From the NCBI GenBank assembly GCA_030390025.1, contig CM059431.1, positions 86,180,001 through 86,244,000 on the forward strand: DNA of 64,000 bases, read 5' to 3'. The translations under genes and the position numbers were made by a program. The DNA is from Squalus acanthias. Taxonomy: Eukaryota. Shown here one piece after another: positions 12,034 through 23,440 of this stretch (position 1 is its first letter; every line of letters starts with the position of its first letter). The notes beneath the pieces are model-generated. The model was not told the DNA's origin and searched no databases. It saw only the letters and a program-made list of their open reading frames with translations.

Positions 12034-12975
12034 TGTGTATATAGTGTGTATACTATGTGTGAGCATAGTATGTGTGTATAGTGAGTGTGTGTACATAGAG
12101 TTTGTGTATATATATATAATGGCCCAAAAATTCGGCCGAGAACGGGTGAGTACTCAGTGCGTACTCACCCATATTCGTTCCCATAGTGCCGGTTTCCTGC
12201 ATGCACTGCGCATGCGCGGGAAACCGGCACTTCCGGTATGGCGAAGGGGGCGGTTCCTAGGTGAACCACGTGTGCACTAGAGGCTGCGCGCACGCAGCAC
12301 ACTTAGGTTTTTTTTCAGGTTTCAACGCGAGGGTAAGTATGGAAGATTCTACACAAGTAAAAAGGAGGCGTAAGACCCATTTTGAACAAGGTAAGTAGTT
12401 AATTAAGTATAATTTTTAATTTTTTTCAACAGATTTATCTTTTTTAGAGAAAGGTAAGTTTATTTTTATAACTTTTAAATTTTTTTTTAATTTTTTCAAA
12501 AATTTAAATTTTTGTTTAAAGTGGTTAATTTATTTAACTATAGTTATTTTATTAATGTGATGGGGTTTTTTTTAAATTTATTTGAGGTTTAGCTGTTCTT
12601 TTGGGGCCTCTTTCAATTCACAGATTTGACAGGTCTCCTGTCAAATCTATGAATGAAAGATGGTCTGCTGCCATTGGCTTTCCATGGCCCACGTGATCCC
12701 AGGGGTCGCATCGCACTAACTGCGCCCCTGGGACACGCAAGCACTGCGCGCCGGCACTAGGGAGAGGCCCAGGACCCGAAGTTCCTGCGGGGGCAAACAA
12801 GGACGGCAGACGCGGTATGTGATATTGCGCGCGATCCTTACCCCCGCGGCAAGCCTCCGAGTCAAATTTCTGGGCCAATGTGTGTTTAATATGTGTGCAC
12901 AGTTATTGTGTATATAGTGAATGTGTGCATAGTGTGTGTATAGTTTGTGTGTGCAAAGTGTGTTTGTATGTTGTG
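12034..12975. repeat. Degenerate TG/TA-rich microsatellite tract (also 9846-9877), interrupted by insertions
   Basis: Repeated GTGTGTATATAGT and GTGTGCATAGT units. Confidence 0.8.
12121..12876. mobile_element. Harbinger-type MITE (family B)
   Basis: TIRs GGCCCAAAAATT and AATTTCTGGGCC; AAT TSD. Confidence 0.9.
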
Positions 12976-13354
12976 CGTGCGTGCTTTTCTGAAGTTGCAC
13001 CTACACTCGATCTGGACCTAGCAAGCACCAGCTCAGAGATTGGCACCACACGTATTTTAGTGGCAAGGCTAGAGAAGGGTATTCATGTGGTGAATCTCCG
13101 AGTACAAGTGTGCAGGAGCTAGGACAGGGGGATAGGACACCACTGGTGCCTGTTCACCGGAGGGTGACTTCACATACTAGCTTTTCTGCAGAGTTCTCAG
13201 AGGCAGATGTTGAGGGCCCAGGCTACTGAAGAAAGCTGATAGGCATATACTAGGAAATGCTAAGTGCACTGGGCAGTCGGCCAGCGAGCTTGCACTCAAT
13301 ATCACACAGCATAGGGGAGTCCAGCTCCCACTTGTATCAAGACGTCGTGCAGAG

Positions 13355-15181
13355 CATAGAAACATAGAAACATAGAAAATAGGTACAGGAGTAGACCATT
13401 CGGTCCTTCGAGCCTGCACCGCCATTCAATGCATTCATGGCTGAACATGCTACCTCAGTACCCCATTCCTGCTTTATCGCCATACCCCTTGATCCCCCTA
13501 GTAGTGAGTGTTATATCTAACTCCCTTTTGAATATATTTAGCGAACTGGCCTCAACAACCTTCTGTGGAAGAGAATTCCATAGATTCACCACTCTCTGGG
13601 TGAAGAAGTTCCTCCTCAGCTCAGTCTTAAATGGCTTCCCCTTAATCCTTAGACTGTGACCTCTGGTTCTAGTTTTCCCTAACATTGGGAACATTCTGCC
13701 CGCATCTAATTTGTCTAAACCAGTCAGGATTTTAAATGTCTCTATAAGATCCCCCCTCATTCTTCTGAACTCCAGAGGATACAAGTTCAGTTGACCCAAT
13801 CTTTCTTGATATGTCAGTCTGGCCATCCCAGGAATCAATCTAGTGAACCTTCGCTGCACTCCCTCAATAGCAAGAATGTCCTTCCTTAAGTTAGGAGACC
13901 AAAACTGCGCACAATACTCCAGGTGTGGCCTCACCAAGGCCCTGTACAACTGCAGCATCACCTCCCTACTCCTGTACTCAAATCCCCTTACTATGAAGGC
14001 CATCATTCCGTTTGCTTTCTTGACTGCCTGCTGCACTTGCATTCCCACCTTCAGTGACTGATGTACCATGACGCCCAGGTCTCGTTGCACCTCCCCTTTC
14101 CCTAATCTGCCACCATTCAGGTAATAGTCCGCCTCTCTATTTTTACCACCAAAGTGGATAACCTCACATTTATCCACATTGTACTTCATCTGCCATACAT
14201 TTGCCCATTCACCCAACCTGTCCAAGTCACTCTGTAGCCTCCTAGCATCCTCCTCATTGTTCACACTGCCTCCCAATTTAGTGTCATCCGCAAATTTGGA
14301 GATATTACATTTAATCCCTTCGTCCAAATCATTAATATATAATGTAAACAGCTGGGGTCCCAGCACCGAACCCTGCGGTACCCCGCTGGTCACTGCCTGC
14401 CATTCTGAAAAGTACCCATTTACTCCTACTCTTTGTTTCCTGTGTGCCAACCAGTTCTCAATCCACGTCAACACATTACCCCCAATCCCATGTGCTTTAA
14501 CTTTGCTCACCAATCTCTTGTGTGGGACCTTGTCGAAGGCCTTCTGAAAGTCCAAATACACCACATCTACTGGTTCCCCCCTGTCCACCCTATTGGAAAC
14601 ATCCTCAAAAAATTCCAGAAGATTTGTCAAGCATGATTTCCCTTTCACAAATCCATGCTGACTTGGACCTATCATGTCGCCACTTTCCAAATGGTCTGTT
14701 ATGACATCTTTAATAATTGCTTCCATCATTTTACCCACGACCGATGTCAGGCTGACCAGTCTATAATTGCCTGCTTTCTCCCTCCCTCCTTTTTTAAAAA
14801 GAGGGGTTACATTGGCCACCCTCCACTCCATCGGAACTGATCCAGAGTCTAAGGAATGTTGGAAAATGATCGTCAATGCATCCACTATTTCCAAGGCCAC
14901 CTCCTTAAGTACTCTGGGATGCAGACCATCAGGCCCCGGGGATTTTTCAGCCTTCAGTCCCATCAATTTCCCCAATACCTTTTCCCGACTAATAAGGATT
15001 TCCCTCAGCTCCTCCCTCTTACCAGATCCTCTGACCCCTTTTATTTCCGGCAAGTTGTGTGTGTCCTCCACAGTAATCACCGAACCAAAGTACTTGTTCA
15101 ATTGATCAGCCATTTCCTTGTTCCCCATTACGACTTCCCCTGTTTCCGACTGCAGGGGACCTATGTTTGTTTTTACTATTT
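13355..15181 (-). mobile_element. 5'-truncated CR1 LINE
   Basis: (CATAGAAA)n 8-bp 3' tail at 13355; CR1 3'UTR; RT ORF. Confidence 0.95.
13455..15128 (-). CDS. CR1 ORF2 reverse transcriptase region (557 aa, N-terminally truncated)
   Basis: KSPGPDG, QHGF, YLDFQKAFDKVPH, GVPQGSVLGP, FADDTKL and HLEYC motifs. Confidence 0.93.
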   Translation of the reverse strand: MGNKEMADQLNKYFGSVITVEDTHNLPEIKGVRGSGKREELREILISREKVLGKLMGLKAEKSPGPDGLHPRVLKEVALEIVDALTIIFQHSLDSGSVPMEWRVANVTPLFKKGGREKAGNYRLVSLTSVVGKMMEAIIKDVITDHLESGDMIGPSQHGFVKGKSCLTNLLEFFEDVSNRVDRGEPVDVVYLDFQKAFDKVPHKRLVSKVKAHGIGGNVLTWIENWLAHRKQRVGVNGYFSEWQAVTSGVPQGSVLGPQLFTLYINDLDEGIKCNISKFADDTKLGGSVNNEEDARRLQSDLDRLGEWANVWQMKYNVDKCEVIHFGGKNREADYYLNGGRLGKGEVQRDLGVMVHQSLKVGMQVQQAVKKANGMMAFIVRGFEYRSREVMLQLYRALVRPHLEYCAQFWSPNLRKDILAIEGVQRRFTRLIPGMARLTYQERLGQLNLYPLEFRRMRGDLIETFKILTGLDKLDAGRMFPMLGKTRTRGHSLRIKGKPFKTELRRNFFTQRVVNLWNSLPQKVVEASSLNIFKRELDITLTTRGIKGYGDKAGMGY

Positions 15182-16199
15182 ACCATTCTGTCCAATATGG
15201 ACCAGGTGGCTCGCTCCATCAAGGCAACAGTGGCACCCACCATGATGGAGCCTCTGCGGAGTGCTCTGACTGTTTCCATGGCTCCTAACACTGACGCCAT
15301 GGAAGTTCAGATGGCTGTCATCTTGGCTCTGGGGGTCATTGTTGACAGGAGCTTCCAGAGTGTCACATCACTCCTGCACTCTGACCTCACGCAGAGCCAT
15401 AGGAGTGCTGAGGTTTATTCCCAGGAGAGTGGCCTTGGCTCCATGCGAAAGGCATCTGCTGTCCTCTCTCAGGATGACAGCATGCCTGCTTCTCTGCCAC
15501 CCACTCTGCCATTGCCCCTGTTAGTGCCACACAGCCAGCTGGGCCAGACGGTCCCGGCCCATGCCAAGATGCTGCAGCCAGGCCGTCATGTCCCAGAGCC
15601 GCTCGAGTTGCCTACCACAGCCATCTGAAGTGTCTTCATTGGAAGCTCAGCAGCCTTCCACCTCCCAAGCTGTAGCCACTGGGGTACACTTCGTAGGAGC
15701 ACTGGGATAGGTAAACAAACACTGAAGTGGCACTAGGGAATCACACTGTAAAATGGATGCAGCATCAACAAATTTCTAGGCCATTGAGTTTAATTTATTG
15801 TTGCAGCTTCATGGCTAATATATTCATAAGTGCGTAATCTCTATAGGAACGTTATCTGATATGGTAATAAAAGAGTAGGAGTAAAACGTTCATAACTGTT
15901 ATAGATTGATCATTGCAAAATTATCTCTTGCCTGAGTATTTTTGTGCATGGACAATAGAAATTAATAAGCTGTATTTTCTCTTCATAAACTTTGCAGATA
16001 AAGTAGGATTTAATGAGATTTGATATTGAAAGATTTAAGATACTGTTGGAATGACAGTTTTAGGAGTAAAATAATAAGAGAAATGGATTTATTCTGCTGT
16101 AAAATCTCTAAATACCTCTAATATCATCCATTAAAAGCATACATTTTTGGAACTGTACTTCATGCTTAGAAATCTAATAGATCTAAAAATTACCAGGTG

Positions 16200-16620
16200 G
16201 TATCACTTCATAACCGCTGTTGCTATTTTTCTTCAATATTATTTCCATGTGGAAAGGAAAAAGCAAACTTGTATGCATATAAAAAAATTCCAGCCCCGGC
16301 TGGATATTATTTGCGATGTGAGCTATTTGTTACAATGTAATACGCATCATTGGTGAATCAAGACTTATCTGACAGCCAGCTATTAGGTCATCTATCACTT
16401 GGCTCACTCAAAACTGACAAGTGCAGCAATTCAGGTTTTAACAGCGATCGTTTGTCGCAGGAGATGTGCCAGTTCATGGCACCAGCAAGATCTTCTTCAA
16501 TTTTCCACTGGTCAAGCTACTGCTGAACCAATCAATGAAGCAGGAAAGCTGTGACAGTGTAAAGGTGGGCGTTATTCTGTACACTACAATCTAAATTGTT
16601 TTCTTATTCCTTATTGGTGT
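16200..16620. promoter_or_regulatory. Candidate conserved non-coding element or enhancer
   Basis: Unique, non-coding, with TGACAG, ACAATG and ATCAAT motifs; pattern impression only. Confidence 0.3.
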
Positions 16621-17834
16621 GACTTTGGTAAAAATCTGGCAAAGGTACAATGCTTAGGATTTAAATAAAGTTAATTTCCTTACAGGAGCAAGTCCCACAC
16701 GTTAGAGGGTTTTGAATTTAAGTTGGTGGCATTGGGCCATGAGTGCTATTTAGAATAAAGAGGGCAGGTAATAAGACAAGCATTTAATTGTGTGGCACAG
16801 TTATTTGGCAGCTTATATATCATGGGGAGATAAGATTACTCGTAAACAGTATAATTTACGCCTCAAAAAAATGAACTCATAAATATTTTTCTCTCCATTA
16901 TTGTACTAGTCACAGACATATCTTGCCAGCCCTTGTTGAAGTCTCAAAGAACCTCACTGAAAATCAATAGATACAATAACATTCTTCTATCATTGTATAA
17001 AGAATAGTAAGATGTACGGAAGCAGAAAAGGCTGCTCAGCTTATTGAGCCAACTCCTTCCGATGGATTAGGTACAATCGGCAGCATCGTGGACTTTCTCC
17101 AATTTACTCGGTCTCCTGAGGGAAGTAAGATAGACAAAGGCGAAATCTCCGAGAAAAAACACAGCGTGAAACTCTTCCCCAACACACAGCAACCATTGAG
17201 TAAAACCTCCAGGATATCAATCTAACAGTGTAATATACATTATTATCATTATTTAACCCAGTCCGGTTGCATTCCAAAACCAACATTCCCATGCTACCAA
17301 GATGATTGGACTTATAGTGCTCTATGGAGCATTTGATAAACCCTGTATCTGTGATCACAGTTTTCCTTATAGCTTACAATCATTTTCAGAATTAGACAGC
17401 CATCTAGATACTTTGAAAGGAATGAATTAACATAGAATTAATTGAATTAGGGTAAGCTCATAGCTGTAAAAATTGCGTATGGTCGTTTTGAAGCAATTGG
17501 ACTAGGTCACCTTCTCATGAAATGCTTGCTTAAGTCCGATAATGAAACGTCCACTTAAAGGGAATGTTTGCTCAGGCATAAGTTCATTCTCTATACATTC
17601 TATAGTGTTTGCTTAATTTGCCAGGGGGTATTCCAATTAACAGAGGGTTCTACAATACTAATCAGATATATATTGTGTAGGCTATTGGGAATCGGGAACT
17701 TGTGGCCCTCCCAGTGTTCCTTTTGCAGTCTGGTTGAATAATCCTCTGTAAGGTTTTGTAGCTACGGCGGAACCTCATTAATTCAGACTTTGTTAAAACA
17801 AACCTCTCATTATAATGATTTTTTTTGAGGACAG

Positions 17835-18175
17835 GGTGCCATTGTGAGTAAGCATACTGTCCTTTCACCTCTGGGACCTGGATTTGAATCCACCCAAGAC
17901 CAAAGAGATGGAAGTTACCTCTAATTGTTCAATGTAAGAGCCCTGCATTCAATGACCTTGGGCAGCCTCAACCCAGTTTCTAATGGATATGGGACCATGG
18001 CGCAAAATCACACAATTTGGGATAAACAGACTATTACGATGGTTGATGTGGGGCATGGAAATGCTGCATTATGATAGGGATAAGAGGTCAAATCGGGCAG
18101 AGCATTACTCTGCATCTGGCCATGCTATACCTGATCTGATAATGCTGCATCCCCAGCACTAACAAAGAAGATAAA
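17835..18175 (+). mobile_element. LF-SINE-like tRNA-derived SINE (old)
   Basis: CCTTTCACCTCT...GATTTGAATCC (B-box-like)...CTCAACCCAGTTTCTAATGGA...; resembles the recalled LF-SINE consensus. Confidence 0.6.
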
Positions 18176-18310
18176 TAAGAAATCTTACCACCAATGATGG
18201 TGCACAACCCTTTATAGTTAAAAGAAACTCAAACATTGATGAGAATAACAATCTTCTGCCAAGGAAATCAAACTTGTTGAAGTGTTTTTCTTATTTTTCA
18301 TTTTTCATCT

Positions 18311-18654
18311 GTCTTTTGGATGAGATGTTAAACCGAGGCCCTGTCAGCCTTGTCAGCCCTCTTAGGAGGATGTAAAAGATCCCATGGCACTATTGGAAGA
18401 AGGAAAGGTGAATTCTCCCTGGTGTCCTGACCAATATTTATCCCTCAACCAACACCTCTAAAAATAGATTATCTGGTCATTTATCTCATTGCTATTTGTG
18501 GGACCATGCTGTGTGCAAATTGGCTGCTGTGTTTCCACACATTACATCAGTGACTATACTTCAAAAGTACTACATTGGTTGTAAAATGCTTTGGGACGTT
18601 CTGTGGTCATGAACGGTGCTATATAAATGCAAGTTCTTGCTTTTCTTTCTTTCC
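18311..18654 (+). mobile_element. Deu-domain SINE (SacSINE1/AmnSINE1-related)
   Basis: GGATGAGATGTTAAACCGAGG...AAAAGATCCCATGGCACT...GGTGTCCTG core and GCTATATAAATGCAAGT tail. Confidence 0.85.
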
Positions 18655-19019
18655 ATTAAAAAAGTGGAAGAATTTATTGATAAGCCTAATTTCTAAGTAA
18701 ATTCTGAAACTCTTTGATTTTTTTCATAAAGGCAATCACAGCAGCAATGATATGCAGCAATTTAAAAGCTTTTGTTATACAATTATAACAGTCTTAGGAT
18801 CATAAGACTGCAACTCTCTCTGTGTCACTTTGGTATCAGGAAATAAGCTACTTTGCTGGTTCCCAAGAGTTTTCAGCAAGAAGATTTGGCTATATTTGGT
18901 GTTGGTATTTGGTGCTGAAATTTATTATTTAGTAGGCTATAACATATAGTGGAAAGTAACATTTTGGGATACAGTACATGAATAATTTGAGACATGACAT
19001 GTGGAAAATGTAGAATGCT

Positions 19020-19243
19020 TGGGAGGAAAGTGTGACTTTGAACCTATGGTTCCCAAAGCTCTCCACCACTGGGGTTTTCCTCCCCTCATGTCTGGGTCTG
19101 TTGTAGACTCATTGACAGAGATTGATTGCCATGATTAATCAATAACTCCATTATCATTGTATCATGCGAGTAACCAGGATTGTAGAAGGCAAACTAAATA
19201 GACCGTGGTCTTTTTTCAGCTAGTAATTCCTATGTTCCTATGT
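19020..19243 (+). mobile_element. Old CR1-type 3' UTR
   Basis: Ends TTCCTATGTTCCTATG; an inverted related fragment lies at about 26350-26460. Confidence 0.55.
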
Positions 19244-19269
19244 GGAAGATGGTGATTGTGAAAGCTGAA

Positions 19270-19548
19270 TGGGTACATTGCAGTTGCATCCCATCGTGAA
19301 TCTTATCTCTTGCCCAAACACATGCACTTTTGAACAGAAGTCAGTGGATAGAGACCAGAAACGGGAACCCTGGATAATTTCCCCCTCCCTTCCCTTGCCA
19401 AGAAACCAATTGCAGTATTTCTACTGCTGCCCCAGCTGAGGTCAGCTAACAGGGCATAGAGTGGGAATCAAAGCTGACACCTTCCTGGTCTATGTGGCAC
19501 AGCACCACACTATATGGTGCATTTAATCACTGGGCCAGCAGGGATGGA
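19270..19548 (-). mobile_element. AmnSINE2-like ancient SINE
   Basis: Minus strand AGACCAGGAAGG...GTTAGCTGACCTCAGCTGGGGCAGCAGTAG...CAATTGG...CCAGGGTTCCCG resembles the recalled AmnSINE2 consensus; related copies at 25.3-25.8, 49.3-49.5 and 53.3-53.5 kb. Confidence 0.65.
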
Positions 19549-21359
19549 TGCTTTTGTAATCCTATAGTGTGGTTTATGTAGATTCCCTATTTGTTTTCTC
19601 CAGATTTGAACAGTAAGAGTATACTATGGAGCGAACTGAAACCCATTTGTGCACATAGGAGTGGAATGGTACTGTAGTGGTTACGCAGTCAGTGATTTCC
19701 CATCCATTCATTTCACTCATGAGCTAAGCACTTTCAATGTCCTGAGAGAGGCACTCAGCATGCCACTCCCTGAGAGAGGTCCGGATCACAAAATTACCCC
19801 TCGTGTTTTTTTAAATAGGACAGTAGAAAGTGCATCTTTGGTTAACGTAAAAGTACTGACTTCAACGTCAGTGACATTAAAGCTGAAAGGTTTATGTTCA
19901 AACTTTCCAATTTAGTTACCTCCCCTGTGCCCTCCTTCTGAAACATTCCTGTTTCAAGTGTTCCTATTTTTTTATTAACCCTGTGAGCTCTATGATGTTT
20001 TTTGAAAAGTAAAGGACTGTAATAAAAACGGATCATGTCGGCAGCTAGAAAAAAAGCAGCAAAATAAGGCAATGGGTTGCATTTGTTGCAGTTCTATCAA
20101 CTTACAAGAATGCAAGAATGGTATTGGATTATGAGTTATCACATCTTAGGTCATGCTTAGCACATGAAACAAAACTTGGGTGGCAATCTCCTGTGTCAGC
20201 GTATCAAACTGGGTCAGGTTTCTGCACATTCTGCCTAAACCTGTTAGTTATTAGTAACTGCTCAGCTTGGCACTGCAGTCCCAACCTTAGCAGATCTCAT
20301 TGCACCAATCACAACACCGTTTTCATTCCCACTCCCCCACCACCTCCTCATCTCCATTTGTAGTTCCCCTCTCATATCTCAGACTGGCTAGCTCCAATCT
20401 ATCTTGGGCCAATAGGTTGATAGATAAGCACATGTAACTCTTGCCTCAATGTCTAGTGTCCTCTCTAACTTTTTTCTGAGCCAAATTTAAACTCTGATCT
20501 TAGGCAAAAGTTAATGTATTAAATCACTGTCTTCAGTCAGTAACTCATATCTTTACTTTACCAATAGAAACAGTGAATTAAATATTAACATTTGTAAAAA
20601 GTTAATGTGAAAAATAGAGACAAATCCTAAAGTATGGATATTTATGGATACATATCCATTTATCTGAAGGCAGCTATATGTCAGAAGAACAGAATATCAT
20701 TAAAGTCATGGTATTACAATGGAAGTAAGAGAATTTTAATCATAAAATATAGATAGCAACACACATGGGTTTACTTTAACATTACCTCTTTGATTACGTA
20801 ACTATTCATTAATTCACATCAGATGGAATCTATTAATTCCCTTTACAAGCATGAACCTAAGTTCACATCTGACCATAATGTAACCTGGACTGCATTAATC
20901 CATGTAATGCAATTTCATACCAGATCTAAAGTTCATTACAATATTCATCCACACTGCCCATCAAGCCACTTAGCCTGTTCCTTCCATAGACAATGCATTC
21001 TGGCATAGATTCTCTCCACCCCAGTTTTATTCTCCTAAGGAAAGCTTTACAAAGTTTCTTCTGCCTCCCATCTAAAGGTAAATAGAACAAACTTCTACAA
21101 TATCTCTAACTTTAGCTCCCATATATATCTCCTTTGCTTCCATGACATGACATTTCCATGTTCACAAAAGCTCAAAAATGTCATGTTCCACACAGCACTC
21201 TGTCACCTCTAACTATACTTACCCATAAACCTTCAATTCTGCTCCTAAACAGATATTTATCCACCAAATTGATTTGTAAGCTGTTAATTGAAAAACATAA
21301 GCTGGTTTATCTGGGAATACATTTCACACATTCACTATTCTGTTGGGTGCAAAAACTCT

Positions 21360-21805
21360 TTCTACTGTCAGCTTGGCTCTTGCCTCTGATTTAGAAGGTT
21401 GTGGGTTCAAGAGCATGTCATCTGAGCTGATACTTCAATGTGGTATTGAGGGGTTGCTGCATTGTTGGAGGTGCCATGTTTTGGATGAATGTTTAACAGA
21501 GGCCCCATCTGCCAGCTCAAGTGCACATAAAAGACCCCAGGGCAATAGACCCCAGGGCAATATTTGAAGAAGCCAAGGGATTTCTGCTGTTTTCCAGGCC
21601 TATTCTCCCAAACAAATCCACCAAAAACAGATCATCTAGTCGTTCATTCATGCGCTGCTTGTAGGACTTGCTGTTGCAAATTGGCTGCTGCAATTGCCTA
21701 CATAACAACAGTGACTGCACTTCAAAAGTACTTCATTGGCTATGAAGTACTTTGGGACATCCTCGGGATATGATATGGTGCTGTAAAAATGTATGTTCTT
21801 TCTTC
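21360..21805 (+). mobile_element. Deu-domain SINE with tRNA-like head
   Basis: GGGTTCAAG B-box at about 21403; same body and tail as 18311-18654. Confidence 0.8.
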
Positions 21806-22505
21806 TAATCTCAAATCTTGCTAATTTTGGTTTGTTAATTTTGTTTTCATTCTCGAAGGCTGCCCTCACAGTACAAGTTAAATAACCTGGCTGTATCTAC
21901 ATTATTTATTACTTTTAGCCTTTTTAAAGCTTACATTAAATATCCTCTCAATCTGTTTTTCTGTAATGAAAATTAATTCAGTTCTGTGAGCCTCACTTCA
22001 TAACATAGAGCTGGAATCATCCTTGTCACTCTCTTCAACCCTCTTAATGATATTCAACTGTATTTTCACAGCTAGCTATATTTTTGGATCTGTCAATAGC
22101 GTTTCATATCTGGGAATGAAGCATGTAAAACAAATGGGAGATGCTTCACTTTAAGCGCTCTTTATAAGCAATTTGACTACAGCGTTTGAAACTGTAGTGC
22201 TGCGATTGGTTGGATATTGCACTTTCAAACTTAATAGAAGATAGCCAATGCTCACTGTGAGCACCTGCTTGTCACAAGAGACTTTATCATGCATCATGGT
22301 GTCACCAGCAACAACACAGCAGTCTCCGAGTGTTCAGCCCTTTGCTGTTTGTGTCATGAAAGCATTGATTGAAGGAAGCCAAATGCCCATTATAAGGGTA
22401 TGAAATGTAGTCAGTCACAATATTCCAGATAGAAATGTTTGCTATTTTCACAAAGAATGAGAAATGTTTATATAAAAGTTCCAGTCAGCAAATGTGAAAC
22501 TCTTT

Positions 22506-22692
22506 GGGGTAGATTTTCACTTTGTTTGATAGTGTAAAATGGGTGATAGTGAGTTAGCAGCCCGATTTACATCTCTCTCGATTTTTATTTCTATTGAAGT
22601 CAATGGAAATAAAAATCGGGTGAGATGTAACCCTAGCTGCTGATTTGCTATCATCCTGTTTTACACTATCGCACAAAATCAAAATCTACTCC
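22506..22692. mobile_element. Whole-length palindromic Harbinger-type MITE (family D)
   Basis: About 90-bp inverted arms centred on ATTGAAGTCAAT; TIR GGGGTAGATTTT; TTT TSD; second copy at 26029-26202. Confidence 0.9.
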
Positions 22693-23224
22693 TTTCTGCT
22701 ATCTGCTCCTCACGTTCTTGCTCACTATCCCACTTGACGCTAAAGCTTTTATTCAGCACAGTTTCTTGAGCACAACGTTCAACCAAAAGTTTTCTCATTT
22801 AAATTCAAAGGACAAAGCTGCAATCAAATGGTAATAATTGACTTTTACTGTTTAATCCAGGAAACCGAGGATATGAGATTAAATAAAAAACTTGATCTGA
22901 AGTTTTATCCTTCAAATGACCTTCCTATCCACAATTCCCCCGCAAAGTTCAAGCAGTTATATATTAATGCTTAAAGCTGAATAGAAACTTAGGGGAATAC
23001 ATTCAGTACAAAATGGTCCCACATCAGTATAACTTAGAAAATAAGTATGGGGGGTTTCTTGATTGGCCTCCAGACTAGTAGAAGTGCAGACTTCTGTGCA
23101 AATGAATGGAGCTGCTCTGGGATGCATGCAGCTGCCCTCCATGACCTACATCAATGAAACAATTCTGGGTGAGAGTTGACATCTGAAGTGACAGGTCTCC
23201 CATAAGAGGGAAAGCGAGAAACTA

Positions 23225-23440
23225 AACTGAATATAACTTATCCAGATCTTGGTCCTGGGAGAATGGATCACTTTTCCACTTTGGGCTAAAGTATCAACAT
23301 TAACCACTCCCATGCCAGGTGTGGCACAGTCTGGATGCACAGGAGATCTTGCGTATAGTTCCCCTTTGCAGGCTCTTAGACAGTCCACTGTGGACTGTGA
23401 GTGAGCAAGAGAATGCAAACTTTGGGATCTGAGTTTTGAC
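23225..23440 (-). mobile_element. Degenerate LF-SINE-like 3' part
   Basis: Reverse-complement similarity to 18080-18170 and 38770-38880. Confidence 0.4.

Larger units (their letters stand above)
12978..15782 (+). pseudogene. Remnant of a Harbinger Myb/SANT-gene last exon plus right TIR, split by a CR1
   Basis: MDQVARSIKATVAP... (15198 onward), C-terminal QQPSTSQAVATG...RRST (about 15650-15703), TIR-like AATTTCTAGGCC ending at 15782. Confidence 0.65.

Noticed and set aside
10377-12876. Inverted MITE pair as a composite transposon
   Set aside because: Each MITE has its own TIRs and flanking 3-mers; one lies inside the putative LTR and the other outside it.
13429-15245. Many plus-strand ORFs overlapping CR1 RT (also at 37-38, 43.4 and 45-47 kb)
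   Set aside because: Antisense or alternate-frame shadows of CR1 ORF2; they recur only because the LINE recurs.
21370-21420. tRNA genes (also about 17850-17900)
   Set aside because: Degenerate tRNA-derived SINE heads with no full cloverleaf.
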